Source: Candidatus Eiseniibacteriota bacterium (lineage in GTDB: Bacteria > Eisenbacteria > RBG-16-71-46 > JABDJR01). From it: 64,000 nucleotides of DNA. The stretch lies in NCBI GenBank assembly GCA_963783375.1, contig CAWANH010000029.1:1056001-1120000 (forward strand), in the 5' to 3' direction. A program made the position numbers and the translations under genes. The notes under the pieces are model-generated. The model saw only the letters and a program-made list of their open reading frames with translations, had not been told where the DNA came from and did not search any database. Numbering within the stretch: position 1 is the stretch's first letter; the number at the start of each line of letters is the position of its first letter. Shown piece by piece: positions 38,469 to 48,122 of the stretch.

Positions 38469-41141
38469 ATGATCCACCCCCTCCCCTGGGAGCGCCGTTC
38501 CCCCCGACGCCGGCCTCGCCGCTCCGGGGCCGGGACCGCCGCGGCCGCCGCCCTCTTCGCCGCCGTGCTCTGGAGCGCGCTCACCGCGCCGCCGGCCCGG
38601 GCCGCGGACTTCCCGGGCCCGGAAGCGTTCTTCGGCCACCCCATGGGGGCCGATCGCCGGTTGGTGAGCTACGACGAATACCTTCCCTACTACCACCTCC
38701 TCGCCGAGCGATCGGATCGGGTGACGATCGAGACCCTCGGAAAGACCGTGGGGGGAAGGGACCTGGTCCTGGTCACCGTGTCGAGCCCGGAGAACCTGGC
38801 CGCCCTCGACCGCTACCGCAGGATCTCCTCCCGGCTGAACGATCCGCGCGGCCTCTCCCCCGCCGGGATCGATTCCCTGGTGGAAGCAGGGAAGTCCGTG
38901 CTGTTCGTCTCGCTCAACATCCACTCCACCGAGATCGGCTCCAGCCAGATGGGGATGGAGTGGGTCTACCGGTTGGCCACCGGCGGCCCGGAGACCGCCG
39001 CCGGTGCCCTCGACGACGTCATCGTGCTCCTGGTCCCCTCCATGAACCCCGACGGCCAGGTCATGGTGACCGACTGGTACCGCACCCATGTCGGCACCGC
39101 CTACGAGGGCTCGCCGCTCCCCCGCCTCTATCATCCCTACGCCGGCCACGACGACAACCGCGACTGGTTCATGCTGAACCTTCCCGAGACCCGCGCGGTG
39201 AACGACCTCCTCTACCACCGTTGGTTCCCGCAAATCGTCCTCGATGAGCACCAGATGGGACCGAGGGGGCCTCGCATCTTCGTCCCCCCCTATGCCGATC
39301 CGCTCTCCGGGAACGTGCCCCCGCTGGTGATGCGCGGGGCGGACCTGATCGGCGCCGGCATGGCCCTGGACCTGGAGGAGCGCGGGAAGGCGGGGGTGAT
39401 CTCCGGGTACTCCTTCGACGCCTATTGGCCGGGGGGAACCCGCTCCACCCCCTGGTGGAAGAACACGGTGGGCATCCTGACCGAGGTGGCCTCGCCGCGG
39501 ATCGCCACCCCGATCGATCTCGACCCCGCGGAGCTCGAGGGAGGCCGGAAGGGCCTCCCGGAATACCGCCGCCAGGTGAACTTTCCCAATCCCTGGCCGG
39601 GGGGGTGGTGGCGCCTGCGGGACGTGGTCGACTACGAGCTCATCGTGAGCGACAGCGCGCTCCGGACCGCGGCCCGCCACCGCCGGGACTTCCTGGCCAA
39701 CCGGGCGCGGATGGCCCTGGATGCGGTGGCGCGCGGGCGGGACGAGTCCCCGGCCGGGTTCGTGATCCCCGCCGGCCAACGCGATCCGGGCGCGGCGTCG
39801 CGACTGGTCGACCTTCTCCGGGAGAACGGCCTGGAGGTCGATCGCACCCTGTCTCCGGTCATGGCGTCCGGGGAGACCCTTCCCGCCGGGTCCTTCGTGA
39901 TCCCCGCCAGCCAGCCGTTTCGCCCATTCCTCCTGGAGATGATGGAACCCCAGGTCTACCCCGAGGTGCGCCAGGGACCGGGCACCCGCGCGATCTACGC
40001 CCCCTACGACGTCACCGCCTGGACCCTGCCCGAACTCATGGGGGTCGAGACCCGGGCCCTCGCTTCCCTTCCGGAAGTTTCCCTGGCCCCGGTCGAGGGT
40101 CCCACGTGGACGCCTCCCCCCCCGCTCCCGGACGCGGCCCAGGCGTCGTGGGCCCTTACCCCGACGGAGAACGACGCCTATGCCGCGGTATTCCGCCTTC
40201 TCGCCGGAGGGGTTCCGGTGAGCCAGGCCCTCGACTCGGTGAGGACTCCGGACGGTCCGCTTCCTCCGGGGGCGTTCCTGGTCACCGCGTCCTCCAGGGT
40301 GGTGGCCAAGGCTCTCGACGGCCTTCGGGCCCATGCCTTCCGTCCCGGACCCGCCGCCACCCCGGGGTTCCGCCGGCGCTCGCTCCACCTTCCCCGGGTG
40401 GGGATCTACCAGTCCTGGCTCGCCCCCACCGATGAGGGATGGACCCGCTTCGTGCTCGACGGATTCGGTCTCCCCTACACCGTGCTCCACAACCGTGACA
40501 TCCAGGACCAGCCCCTGGCCAGACGCTTCGACACCATCATCCTTCCCGACCAGAGCCTGAACGAGTTGGTTGACGGCCGGGAGGGAGGAGAGGCCGGACC
40601 CGGGGAGCGGCGGCCCGCTCCCTACGCGGGGGGCCTGGGGGCGGCAGGGGTGAACGCCCTCCGTGAGTTCGTACAACGCGGCGGAACCCTGGTGACCCTG
40701 GGCGACGCCGCCGGGCTACCCATCGTAGAGTTCGACATCCCGGTGAGGGACGCCGCGAAGGGAGTCGACCGGGCGGATCTCGACGTTCCCGGAACGCTGC
40801 TTCGGGTGGAGGTGGACCGCGCCCATCCCCTGGGCTTCGGCATGCCGCCCGAGGCCACGGTGTTCGTGACCCGCCCCCCCATCCTCACCACCGAGCCTCC
40901 CGGACCGGAGGGCAACCGGAAGGTGGTGGCCCGCTTCGTCGCCGAGGACCGGGTGGTGGCCAGCGGGTGGGCGGTGGGCGCCGCCCGGCTGGCCGGCCAA
41001 CCCGTCCTGGTGGAGACGACCCTGGGACGGGGCAGGATCGTGCTCTTCGCCTTCCGTCCCCAGTTCCGCGGACAGACCCAGGGCACCTACCGGATGTTCC
41101 TGAACGCTCTCCTCGACCCCGCCGCGCAACCCGCCCGTTAG
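38469..41141 (+). CDS. Secreted M14 zinc carboxypeptidase-like protein
   Basis: HSTE zinc motif, NPDG, NRD, DEHQM and YDVTAW. Confidence 0.85.
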   Translation: MIHPLPWERRSPRRRPRRSGAGTAAAAALFAAVLWSALTAPPARAADFPGPEAFFGHPMGADRRLVSYDEYLPYYHLLAERSDRVTIETLGKTVGGRDLVLVTVSSPENLAALDRYRRISSRLNDPRGLSPAGIDSLVEAGKSVLFVSLNIHSTEIGSSQMGMEWVYRLATGGPETAAGALDDVIVLLVPSMNPDGQVMVTDWYRTHVGTAYEGSPLPRLYHPYAGHDDNRDWFMLNLPETRAVNDLLYHRWFPQIVLDEHQMGPRGPRIFVPPYADPLSGNVPPLVMRGADLIGAGMALDLEERGKAGVISGYSFDAYWPGGTRSTPWWKNTVGILTEVASPRIATPIDLDPAELEGGRKGLPEYRRQVNFPNPWPGGWWRLRDVVDYELIVSDSALRTAARHRRDFLANRARMALDAVARGRDESPAGFVIPAGQRDPGAASRLVDLLRENGLEVDRTLSPVMASGETLPAGSFVIPASQPFRPFLLEMMEPQVYPEVRQGPGTRAIYAPYDVTAWTLPELMGVETRALASLPEVSLAPVEGPTWTPPPPLPDAAQASWALTPTENDAYAAVFRLLAGGVPVSQALDSVRTPDGPLPPGAFLVTASSRVVAKALDGLRAHAFRPGPAATPGFRRRSLHLPRVGIYQSWLAPTDEGWTRFVLDGFGLPYTVLHNRDIQDQPLARRFDTIILPDQSLNELVDGREGGEAGPGERRPAPYAGGLGAAGVNALREFVQRGGTLVTLGDAAGLPIVEFDIPVRDAAKGVDRADLDVPGTLLRVEVDRAHPLGFGMPPEATVFVTRPPILTTEPPGPEGNRKVVARFVAEDRVVASGWAVGAARLAGQPVLVETTLGRGRIVLFAFRPQFRGQTQGTYRMFLNALLDPAAQPAR

Positions 41142-41159
41142 GCGCGGCCCGGGGTCCGG

Positions 41160-42875
41160 TCAGACCCCGGCCAACCTGGCCCTGAATGCCGCGGGTTCCA
41201 GGTAGGACGGGTGATGGTCTTGGAGCAACCGGTCCAGCTTGGCGTCGTGACCGTAGAGGTCCTTTCGGAACTCCACCGTTCCGCCGGCGTCCACGAAGGC
41301 CGTCCAGTAGAGCAGGTAGACCGGCATCGGGTTCACGAGGTTCAACTGGCGGCGCTTCCCGGAGTCGATCAACCTTTTCAGCTTATCCCTGGTCCACTCC
41401 CCCTGGCCCTTCAGGAGGACGACCCCGAAGTCCAGGGGCTTCTCGATCCGCACGCACCCATGGCTCAGATCCCGTTTGGCGCGGTCGAAGAGGCGCGGCT
41501 CAGAGGTGTCGTGCAGGTAGACGCTGTACTCGTTGGGGAACATGAACTTGATGGTGCCGAGCGGGTTCCTGGGTCCGGCTTCCTGCCGGAACCGGTAGGG
41601 AAAGTTGCTGGTGTCGACGGACGCCCAGCTCACCGAGTCCGGGTTCACGGTGTCGTTGTCGCGGTCGAGCACGGTGATGTTGCGATTGACCAGGTAGTCC
41701 GGCTCCTCTTCCAGCTTGGGGAGGATCTCCTCGGTGGCGATGCTCTTGGGAACGTTCCAGCGGGGGTTCACGTCGATGTAGGTGATCCGGTCGGCGAAGG
41801 CGGGGGTGGGCTTGTACTCGCTTCCTGCCACCACCCGCATGGTGAGCACCGGCCTCCCGGCTTCCTCCACCTCCAGCCGGAAGGCGGGGATGTTCACCAT
41901 GACGTAGCGGGTGCCGAGGCTGTCGGGGAGCCACCGCCAGCGCTCGAGATTCAGGACCATGCTCCGGATCCGATCGGCGATGGGGACTTCCATCTGGGCC
42001 ACGGTCTGCCGCCCCACGATCCCGTCCTCCACGAGCCCATGGCGGGCCTGGAAGCGGCGGACCGCGGCATCCAGGGTGGAGTCGAACGCCGCGGCGGTCG
42101 AGTCCGGCCGGGAGCCGGCGGCGCCCAGATCCCCGGTCGCGGCCAGGAACCGGCGCACCGCGGCCACTTCATCCGAGGTGTCCCCGAGCGCGACCCGGAA
42201 CGTTCCGGTGATCCGGGGCCAGCCCCCTGCCGCCTCGGTCCGCCGGTAGAAGCTCAGGGCGGTTTCCAGCCGGACGTATTCGGGATGATAGGAATTGACC
42301 CCCCTCAGGGTTCCGGCCACGTCGTCGTCGAGCACCGCCCGGGTCAGGAACCGGGTCAGGTCGGGGCCGCGAGGGGCGATGTGCCAATCCTTGTCCACCG
42401 CGGCGGGGTTCACCCGCCCCTGGGAGAGATGGCGCGCGTAGGTGAGAAAGACGAAGCTCAGGTAAAGGTCCCGCTCCGCGGCCGTGCGGGCGGACCCGGA
42501 CTCCGGTTTCCACGCCTCGATCGCCTTCACCGGATAGTCCTCCGGGTCGAGCCCGTAGGATTCCGCCTCCCCGAGCACCTCCAGGAGTTCCCGGACCCGG
42601 CGCAATCCCTTCCGGTCGCCGCCCCAGGCGGGGAGATACTGGCGCGCCTCGTAGAACCGGGTCAGCTCCTTCCAGACGTGCGAGGCCTCGCGAGGCGACG
42701 CGAAACCCCGGGCTACGCCCTCCGAGTCGACGATGCGCTGGATCCAGGCGGTCTCATCGGTGGGCGCGACACCGGGAGTCTCGGACGGATCAGCCCCCGC
42801 CGAGGCCGGGAGGAGGACCAGGAAGAGCAGAACGGCGGCAACTTGGCGGAAGCGCAAACGAGGGGTCACCCGCAT
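41160..42875 (-). CDS. L,D-transpeptidase, YcbB/LdtD family
   Basis: Peptidoglycan-binding domain (FQARHGL..DG.VG), VNIPAF, NPLGTIKFMFPN and YLHDT...SHGCVR catalytic motif. Confidence 0.92.
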   Translation of the reverse strand: MRVTPRLRFRQVAAVLLFLVLLPASAGADPSETPGVAPTDETAWIQRIVDSEGVARGFASPREASHVWKELTRFYEARQYLPAWGGDRKGLRRVRELLEVLGEAESYGLDPEDYPVKAIEAWKPESGSARTAAERDLYLSFVFLTYARHLSQGRVNPAAVDKDWHIAPRGPDLTRFLTRAVLDDDVAGTLRGVNSYHPEYVRLETALSFYRRTEAAGGWPRITGTFRVALGDTSDEVAAVRRFLAATGDLGAAGSRPDSTAAAFDSTLDAAVRRFQARHGLVEDGIVGRQTVAQMEVPIADRIRSMVLNLERWRWLPDSLGTRYVMVNIPAFRLEVEEAGRPVLTMRVVAGSEYKPTPAFADRITYIDVNPRWNVPKSIATEEILPKLEEEPDYLVNRNITVLDRDNDTVNPDSVSWASVDTSNFPYRFRQEAGPRNPLGTIKFMFPNEYSVYLHDTSEPRLFDRAKRDLSHGCVRIEKPLDFGVVLLKGQGEWTRDKLKRLIDSGKRRQLNLVNPMPVYLLYWTAFVDAGGTVEFRKDLYGHDAKLDRLLQDHHPSYLEPAAFRARLAGV

Positions 42876-43000
42876 TTCCTATGATGGTTTTGGCGTCTCA
42901 ATTGCATAAACACGGGTGATCATAGCATCCGTCCCGAAACGCGTCCTCGAGGATGCGCCAGGGTCGAAGGAAACGATCCTCCCGATCGCCCCCGGAAAAC

Positions 43001-43663
43001 CTAACGATAGAGCGCCTTCACCCGTCCCCAGCTTGCCGGCTGGGTGGGGAGCGGAATCGCCGAGGCCACCTTGAGCTGGAAGGCCAGGTGCGACTGGCTG
43101 GGGGGAGTGCCGGTCCAGGTCATGGTCGCCTGCCCGGTGAGAACGAACCCATCCTGCAGGTTCTGGTTTTCGATTCGCAGGATGTCGAGTCCGCTCACCG
43201 AGCCGTCGGCCGCGGACTGGCCGCAGATGTCCACCCCGTCCAGCTGGAGCGAATCCACGATCATCGATGTCCCCCCGTCGGTGGCCCGGGTCCGGACGAA
43301 GAGTTCCGAGAACCCGGACCCGGGCGTGTAGGTCAGGGTATGCCCGCCCATGTCGAAGGTGACCAGGTCGGCCCCGGAATCGTAGGTCAAGGTGAAAGCG
43401 ACCGGGGCGCCGTTCGGCCAGGCATGGTTCGCGGTCTGGGCGGGGGCGCCGGTGTCCGGGCCCAGATCGAGTTCGAAGGTGGCGGCGCCGCCCCGGTCCC
43501 CGATCCGCCCCTCCCCGATGAAGGCGAACTGCTGGACCAGGGTCAACATGTCGTTGTCCGAGCTCAGATGGCTGGAGGGGATGCAAACCGAGGCCCCGGA
43601 GAAGGCGGGGGCTCCCAGGAAGGTCAGGGTGAGAGCGAGGGTGAGAATGCGAATCGGGCGCAT
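43001..43663 (-). CDS. Secreted protein with C-terminal SWGRVKALYR motif
   Basis: AGGAGA RBS, signal peptide, GEGRIGD...ELDL domain, ends PTQPASWGRVKALYR. Confidence 0.75.
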   Translation of the reverse strand: MRPIRILTLALTLTFLGAPAFSGASVCIPSSHLSSDNDMLTLVQQFAFIGEGRIGDRGGAATFELDLGPDTGAPAQTANHAWPNGAPVAFTLTYDSGADLVTFDMGGHTLTYTPGSGFSELFVRTRATDGGTSMIVDSLQLDGVDICGQSAADGSVSGLDILRIENQNLQDGFVLTGQATMTWTGTPPSQSHLAFQLKVASAIPLPTQPASWGRVKALYR

Positions 43664-43799
43664 CGTTCTTCTCCTTGTGGCAGCCAACCGGGACATCTGA
43701 CCATGCATACGGGGCTCGTCCAGACAGGCAAATTCCGACCGTCTGCGGGTGAGACCGAAGACAAGAATTATAGCATTCTTCAGGAGCGAATCGAGGATT

Positions 43800-44873
43800 T
43801 CAGTGATCGGCCCTCAGCGGAGGGTGGAGCAGGGTCAGCGCGTCCTGGAGGCCGGAGCTGGCCAACACCATCCCCCGGTCGTCCACCAGGACCGCCTCCA
43901 CGTTCGGCAGGCGCTCCACCAGGGACATCCCGTCCCGGGGACCCATGACGATCAGCGCGGTGGAGAGGGCATCGGCCAGGGTGGCGTCGGGAGAGATCAC
44001 CGTGGCGCTACGAAGCCCCCGGGCCGGCATCCCGGTCCGCGGGTCCAGGATGTGGTGATAACGGATCCCATTCAGGATGAAGTAGCTCTCGTAATCACCG
44101 CTGGTCGATACGGATACGTCGGTGACCCCCACGGTGGCAAAGTAGTCGGTGCCGGCTCCCCGGGGGTCGCGGATCCCCACCGTCCATGGCCGGCCGTCTT
44201 TCCGCCCCCCCGCGTACACCTGCCCTCCCCCCAGAATCAGGAAGTCGGTGACCCCGCTCGTCCGGAGCGCCCGGGCGCAAAGGTCCAGCGCGTACCCCTT
44301 GGCGATCCCCCCCAGGCCGATCTTCATTCCCGGCAAGGCGAGCCGGACGGTCCCCGCGGCGTCGTCGATCTCCACCTTCCGGTAGTCCACCAGGGCGGCG
44401 CGGAGGGCGGCCTCGGCGGAGTCGGGCACGACGGGATGAGGGGAGCGGAAGTCCCAGAGCCCCCAAAGGGCGGCCCAGGTGATGTCGAAGGCCCCGCCGG
44501 TCATCTCCCCGATGTTGATTCCCTTCCGGACCACCGCCCGGAGATCGGCGGGAACCGCGACCGCCCTTTTCCCCGCCTCGCGATTCACCGCGGAGAGCGG
44601 TGAGGTGGGCTTCCACTCGCTCATGTCGGCGTCCACCCGGCGGAAGGTCCCGAACACGGTGTCCGCGGCGGCCTGGGCCCCGGGGCCGTCGGGGACCGTG
44701 GCGGTGATGGTGGTGGCCATGGCCTCGGCGGAGAAGGTCCGGAAGGCGGTGGAGTCGCCGGCGTTCTCGCTCCCGGCGGACCCAGGCTCCCGGGCCCGGC
44801 CCGCCCAGATCGCGGCGGCGGCCAGTCCGAGCACCAGGGCGGAGAGGAAGACGATGCGGAGGTTCCGGTTCAT
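43800..44873 (-). CDS. apbE: FAD:protein FMN transferase ApbE
   Basis: AMAT, FDIT, LGGIAKGYALD, TSGDYE, HHILDP and ADALST motifs. Confidence 0.95.
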   Translation of the reverse strand: MNRNLRIVFLSALVLGLAAAAIWAGRAREPGSAGSENAGDSTAFRTFSAEAMATTITATVPDGPGAQAAADTVFGTFRRVDADMSEWKPTSPLSAVNREAGKRAVAVPADLRAVVRKGINIGEMTGGAFDITWAALWGLWDFRSPHPVVPDSAEAALRAALVDYRKVEIDDAAGTVRLALPGMKIGLGGIAKGYALDLCARALRTSGVTDFLILGGGQVYAGGRKDGRPWTVGIRDPRGAGTDYFATVGVTDVSVSTSGDYESYFILNGIRYHHILDPRTGMPARGLRSATVISPDATLADALSTALIVMGPRDGMSLVERLPNVEAVLVDDRGMVLASSGLQDALTLLHPPLRADH

Positions 44874-44958
44874 CGGGCTACGGTAGCCGATCGGGGCGGA
44901 GCCGTCGCGGTCGGAATCACGGGGCGACGGCGCGTCCCGGACCGCCCGGGAAGCGCGA

Positions 44959-45138
44959 TCAGGCGTGGGCGCCCCCGGGGTGGTCGCGCTTGTCGCAGTT
45001 GTCGCCCGCGCCGCAGGACCCGCACTGCCCCTCCACCCCGGGGGCGTCTGGATCGTGCCGGGCGAAGAATCGCTGGACCAGCACCCACCCCACGCAGAGG
45101 ACGCTCAGGGCGAGGATGCCGATCAGGTCGCCCCACAT
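44959..45138 (-). CDS. 59-aa single-TM Cys-rich protein (NqrM-like), absent from the ORF track
   Basis: MWGDLIGILALSVLCVGWVLVQRFFARHDPDAPGVEGQCGSCGAGDNCDKRDHPGGAHA; ATG lies immediately after the rnfA stop. Confidence 0.75.
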   Translation of the reverse strand: MWGDLIGILALSVLCVGWVLVQRFFARHDPDAPGVEGQCGSCGAGDNCDKRDHPGGAHA

Positions 45139-45139
45139 C

Positions 45140-45736
45140 CTAGGCGCCTCCGCTGAAGAGGCCGGCGAACCCCATGAAGGCCAGGGAGAGAACCCCGGCG
45201 ATGAGGAGGTTCATGGCCGTCCCCCGGATGAGCGCCGGGATGTTGGAGAGTTCGGCTTCCTCGCGGATCCCGGCCATCAGCACCAGGGCCAGGGTGAGTC
45301 CCCCTCCCCCGCCCAGGGCGAAGGCCACCCCCTCCACCAGGCCGTAACCCCGGCTGGTCTGGAAGAGAGCGAGGGCCAGGATCGCGCAGTTGGTGGTGAT
45401 GAGGGGAAGGAAGATCCCCAGCGCCCGGAAGAGCGCGGGGGAAAGCTTCTTGATCACCATCTCCACGAACTGCACGGTGCTGGCGATCACCACGATGAAG
45501 CTGATGAGCCGGAGATACGGGGCGTGCACCAGGATGAAGGTGTTGAGGAGCCAGGCGCAAAGGGAGGTGATGACCATGACGAAGATGTTGGCCAGCCCCA
45601 GCCGGAAGGCGGTCTCCAGGCGGCTGGACACCCCGAAGAACGGGCAGAGTCCGAGGAAGTACGAGAAGGTGAAGTTGTTGATCACCAGCGCGCTGATGAA
45701 GATCCAGAACAGGTTCGCGGGAGAGACGTTTCCCAT
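45140..45736 (-). CDS. rnfA: Rnf subunit A
   Basis: FLGLCPF, LGIFLPLITTNCAIL and MAGIRE motifs. Confidence 0.95.
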   Translation of the reverse strand: MGNVSPANLFWIFISALVINNFTFSYFLGLCPFFGVSSRLETAFRLGLANIFVMVITSLCAWLLNTFILVHAPYLRLISFIVVIASTVQFVEMVIKKLSPALFRALGIFLPLITTNCAILALALFQTSRGYGLVEGVAFALGGGGGLTLALVLMAGIREEAELSNIPALIRGTAMNLLIAGVLSLAFMGFAGLFSGGA

Positions 45737-45739
45737 GTG

Positions 45740-46390
45740 CTAAGCCGCCCTTCCCTTGACATACCGCTGGGCCAGCTTCGCCCGTCCCTCTTTCACCGCG
45801 GCGAAGACGAGCAGCAGCGAGCCGAGCATGAGGAAGCCCCCGGGGGGAAGGATCATGATCACCCAGGGCTCGAAGTGCGGCCCGAAGAGCGACACCCCGA
45901 AGAACGACCCGCTCCCCAGGATCTCCCGCAGACCGCCCAGCATGAGGAGGGCCATGAGGAAGCCTCCGCCCATCCCCAGAGCATCCATGACCGCCGGCCC
46001 CACCCGGTTCCGCGACGCGAAGGCCTCGGCGCGGCCGAGGATGATGCAGTTCACCACGATGAGGGGGATGAAGGCGCCCAGGGCCCGATGCACATCGGGG
46101 GAAAGCGCCTGAAGCGAGAAGTCGGCCACGGTGACGAAGGTGGCGATGATGATGATGTAGGTGGAGATCCGGACCTGGCGGGGAATGATGTTCCGGAAGA
46201 CCGAGATCAGGAAGCTCGACATCACCAGCACGAACAGGGTCGCGCCGCCCATGGCCAGGCCGTTGATCGCGCTGTTGGTGACGGCCAGGGTCGGGCACAT
46301 GCCGAGCACCTGGACGAAGACCGGGTTCTCCTTCCAGAGCCCCTTCAAGAACTCGGCGTAGGCCTGACCCGGTTCCTGGATCGGCGCCAT
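45740..46390 (-). CDS. rnfE: Rnf subunit E
   Basis: ENPVFVQVLGMCPTLAVT, IPLIVVNCIILGRAE and PPGGF motifs. Confidence 0.95.
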   Translation of the reverse strand: MAPIQEPGQAYAEFLKGLWKENPVFVQVLGMCPTLAVTNSAINGLAMGGATLFVLVMSSFLISVFRNIIPRQVRISTYIIIIATFVTVADFSLQALSPDVHRALGAFIPLIVVNCIILGRAEAFASRNRVGPAVMDALGMGGGFLMALLMLGGLREILGSGSFFGVSLFGPHFEPWVIMILPPGGFLMLGSLLLVFAAVKEGRAKLAQRYVKGRAA

Positions 46391-46391
46391 G

Positions 46392-47108
46392 TCACTCCCC
46401 TCCCGACCCGGCCGCGTCCGGGCGGCCGGGGGCGTCCGGCGCCTCACCCACGGGGGCGGCGCCCCCGGAATCCGGGGCCGATCCCGTCGCCGGAAGACGG
46501 GACAGCCACTCGTCGTTGGTGTTGCGAACGATCTTCACCACCGCGGTCGAGGAGATGGTGGCCCCGGTGATGGCGTCCACCTCGTTGGGGGCGTTCCGCC
46601 CCCCCTTCACCAGCTTGATCTCGGGCTGGACCGAGAGGTCCCTGAAGTTGGCGGCGAAATCGGGGTCCTTGTAGATCCGGTCCCCCAGACCCGGGGTCTC
46701 CCGGCTCTCCAGGATCTGAAGCCCCACGATCATCTCCCGCGCCGGATCGTAGCCGTACAGGAGCTCGATCGTGTCCTGGAAGCCCGCCCCCTTCCCGGGG
46801 ATGGCGTACCCCTTGAACGCGCCGGCGGAGTCGAAGGCGGCGTACACCGCCTCCGCGTCCTCGGCGCCCGATTCCTTGGGAACGAGCTGGCCGTCGGCCC
46901 ACTCCATCCGCTCCAGTTTCACCGACCCGGGAACCACCTGGAACACCGCCCGCCGGAGCGCCTCCGCCTTGTTGGCTTCGATCCGGGGGAGGGTGACCTC
47001 GTAGGCGCTCACGATGGCCAACCCGGAGAAGAGGCCGGCCAGGGCCAGGGTGATCACCAGCCGGGCGGTACGGGGTTGTGCCTCGGGAACGGGGGGCTTC
47101 GCGCTCAT
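46392..47108 (-). CDS. rnfG: Rnf subunit G
   Basis: TM helix, ETPGLG, and DAITGATISS FMN attachment motif. Confidence 0.93.
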   Translation of the reverse strand: MSAKPPVPEAQPRTARLVITLALAGLFSGLAIVSAYEVTLPRIEANKAEALRRAVFQVVPGSVKLERMEWADGQLVPKESGAEDAEAVYAAFDSAGAFKGYAIPGKGAGFQDTIELLYGYDPAREMIVGLQILESRETPGLGDRIYKDPDFAANFRDLSVQPEIKLVKGGRNAPNEVDAITGATISSTAVVKIVRNTNDEWLSRLPATGSAPDSGGAAPVGEAPDAPGRPDAAGSGGE

Positions 47109-48109
47109 GCCCGCCTCCCCCGGCCGAAGGCCCGAGGCTGGGTCGCCCGCTCGATGAGCGGGGTGACCGCGTTCATGAGCAGGATTGCGTACATGACCCC
47201 CTCGGGGAGGCCGCCCCAGATCCGGATCAACACCACCAGGACCCCGATCCCCAGACCGAACAGCCACGCCCCTCTGGGCGCCACCGGTGAAGTGACCGGA
47301 TCGGTGGCCATGAACACCGCCCCGAAGAGGAGCCCCCCGCTGAACAACATGAAGAGAGGGGAGGGAAACTTTTCCGGTGAAAGGAGATAGATCACCCCTG
47401 AAAGGACCGTGACCGTGAGGAGGATGGAGGCCGGGATCCGCCAGTCGAAAGTCCTCCGGGCCATGAGCCAGAGCCCGGCCAGGATGATCACCGCGGCGCT
47501 GGTCTCCCCCAGCGAACCCGGGATGTGCCCCCCCAGGAGCCCGGAGAGGGCGGTGGCCTGGTGCTGGAACTTCATGAGACCCAGCGGCGTGGCGGTGGTG
47601 ACCGCGTCGGCGGCAGGGTGCATGAAGGGGAGGGCGAGGTTTCCCGCCCGCACCGCGAACAGGCCTCCCGGAGCCGACCAGGTGGTGATGACGGTGGGGA
47701 AGGCGGCCTGGAGGAAAGCGCGTCCCACCAGGGCGGGGTTGAAGAGGTTGTGCCCGAGGCCTCCCCAGACGATCTTCCCCAGCCCCATGCCCACCACACC
47801 GCCCAGGAACGCCATCCAGAGCGGGAAGCCCGGGGGAAGGGTGAGCCCCAGGATGATCCCGGTCACCGCCGCGCTGCCGTCCTTGAGGGAGAGCCCGCGC
47901 CGCTCCGGCTTCAGGAACAGCCACTCGGTCCCCATGGCGCCGGCGGTGCTCGCCGCCACCACCAGGAGCGCGGAGAGCCCGAAGGTGTACATCGCCACCA
48001 GGAGCACCGGCACCAGGGCCCAGACCACATCCCCCATCAGCCGGGGAGTGGTGACCCCCTGGGCCAGGAACGGCGAGGTCTGGACCTGCAGCCTCGGTTC
48101 GCTGCTCAT
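47105..48109 (-). CDS. rnfD: Rnf subunit D
   Basis: DGSAAVTG, GGLGHNLFNPA, TTATPL, GSLGETS and FMATDPVTSP motifs. Confidence 0.95.
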   Translation of the reverse strand: MSSEPRLQVQTSPFLAQGVTTPRLMGDVVWALVPVLLVAMYTFGLSALLVVAASTAGAMGTEWLFLKPERRGLSLKDGSAAVTGIILGLTLPPGFPLWMAFLGGVVGMGLGKIVWGGLGHNLFNPALVGRAFLQAAFPTVITTWSAPGGLFAVRAGNLALPFMHPAADAVTTATPLGLMKFQHQATALSGLLGGHIPGSLGETSAAVIILAGLWLMARRTFDWRIPASILLTVTVLSGVIYLLSPEKFPSPLFMLFSGGLLFGAVFMATDPVTSPVAPRGAWLFGLGIGVLVVLIRIWGGLPEGVMYAILLMNAVTPLIERATQPRAFGRGRRA

Positions 48110-48122
48110 CGTCTTCTCGCGG

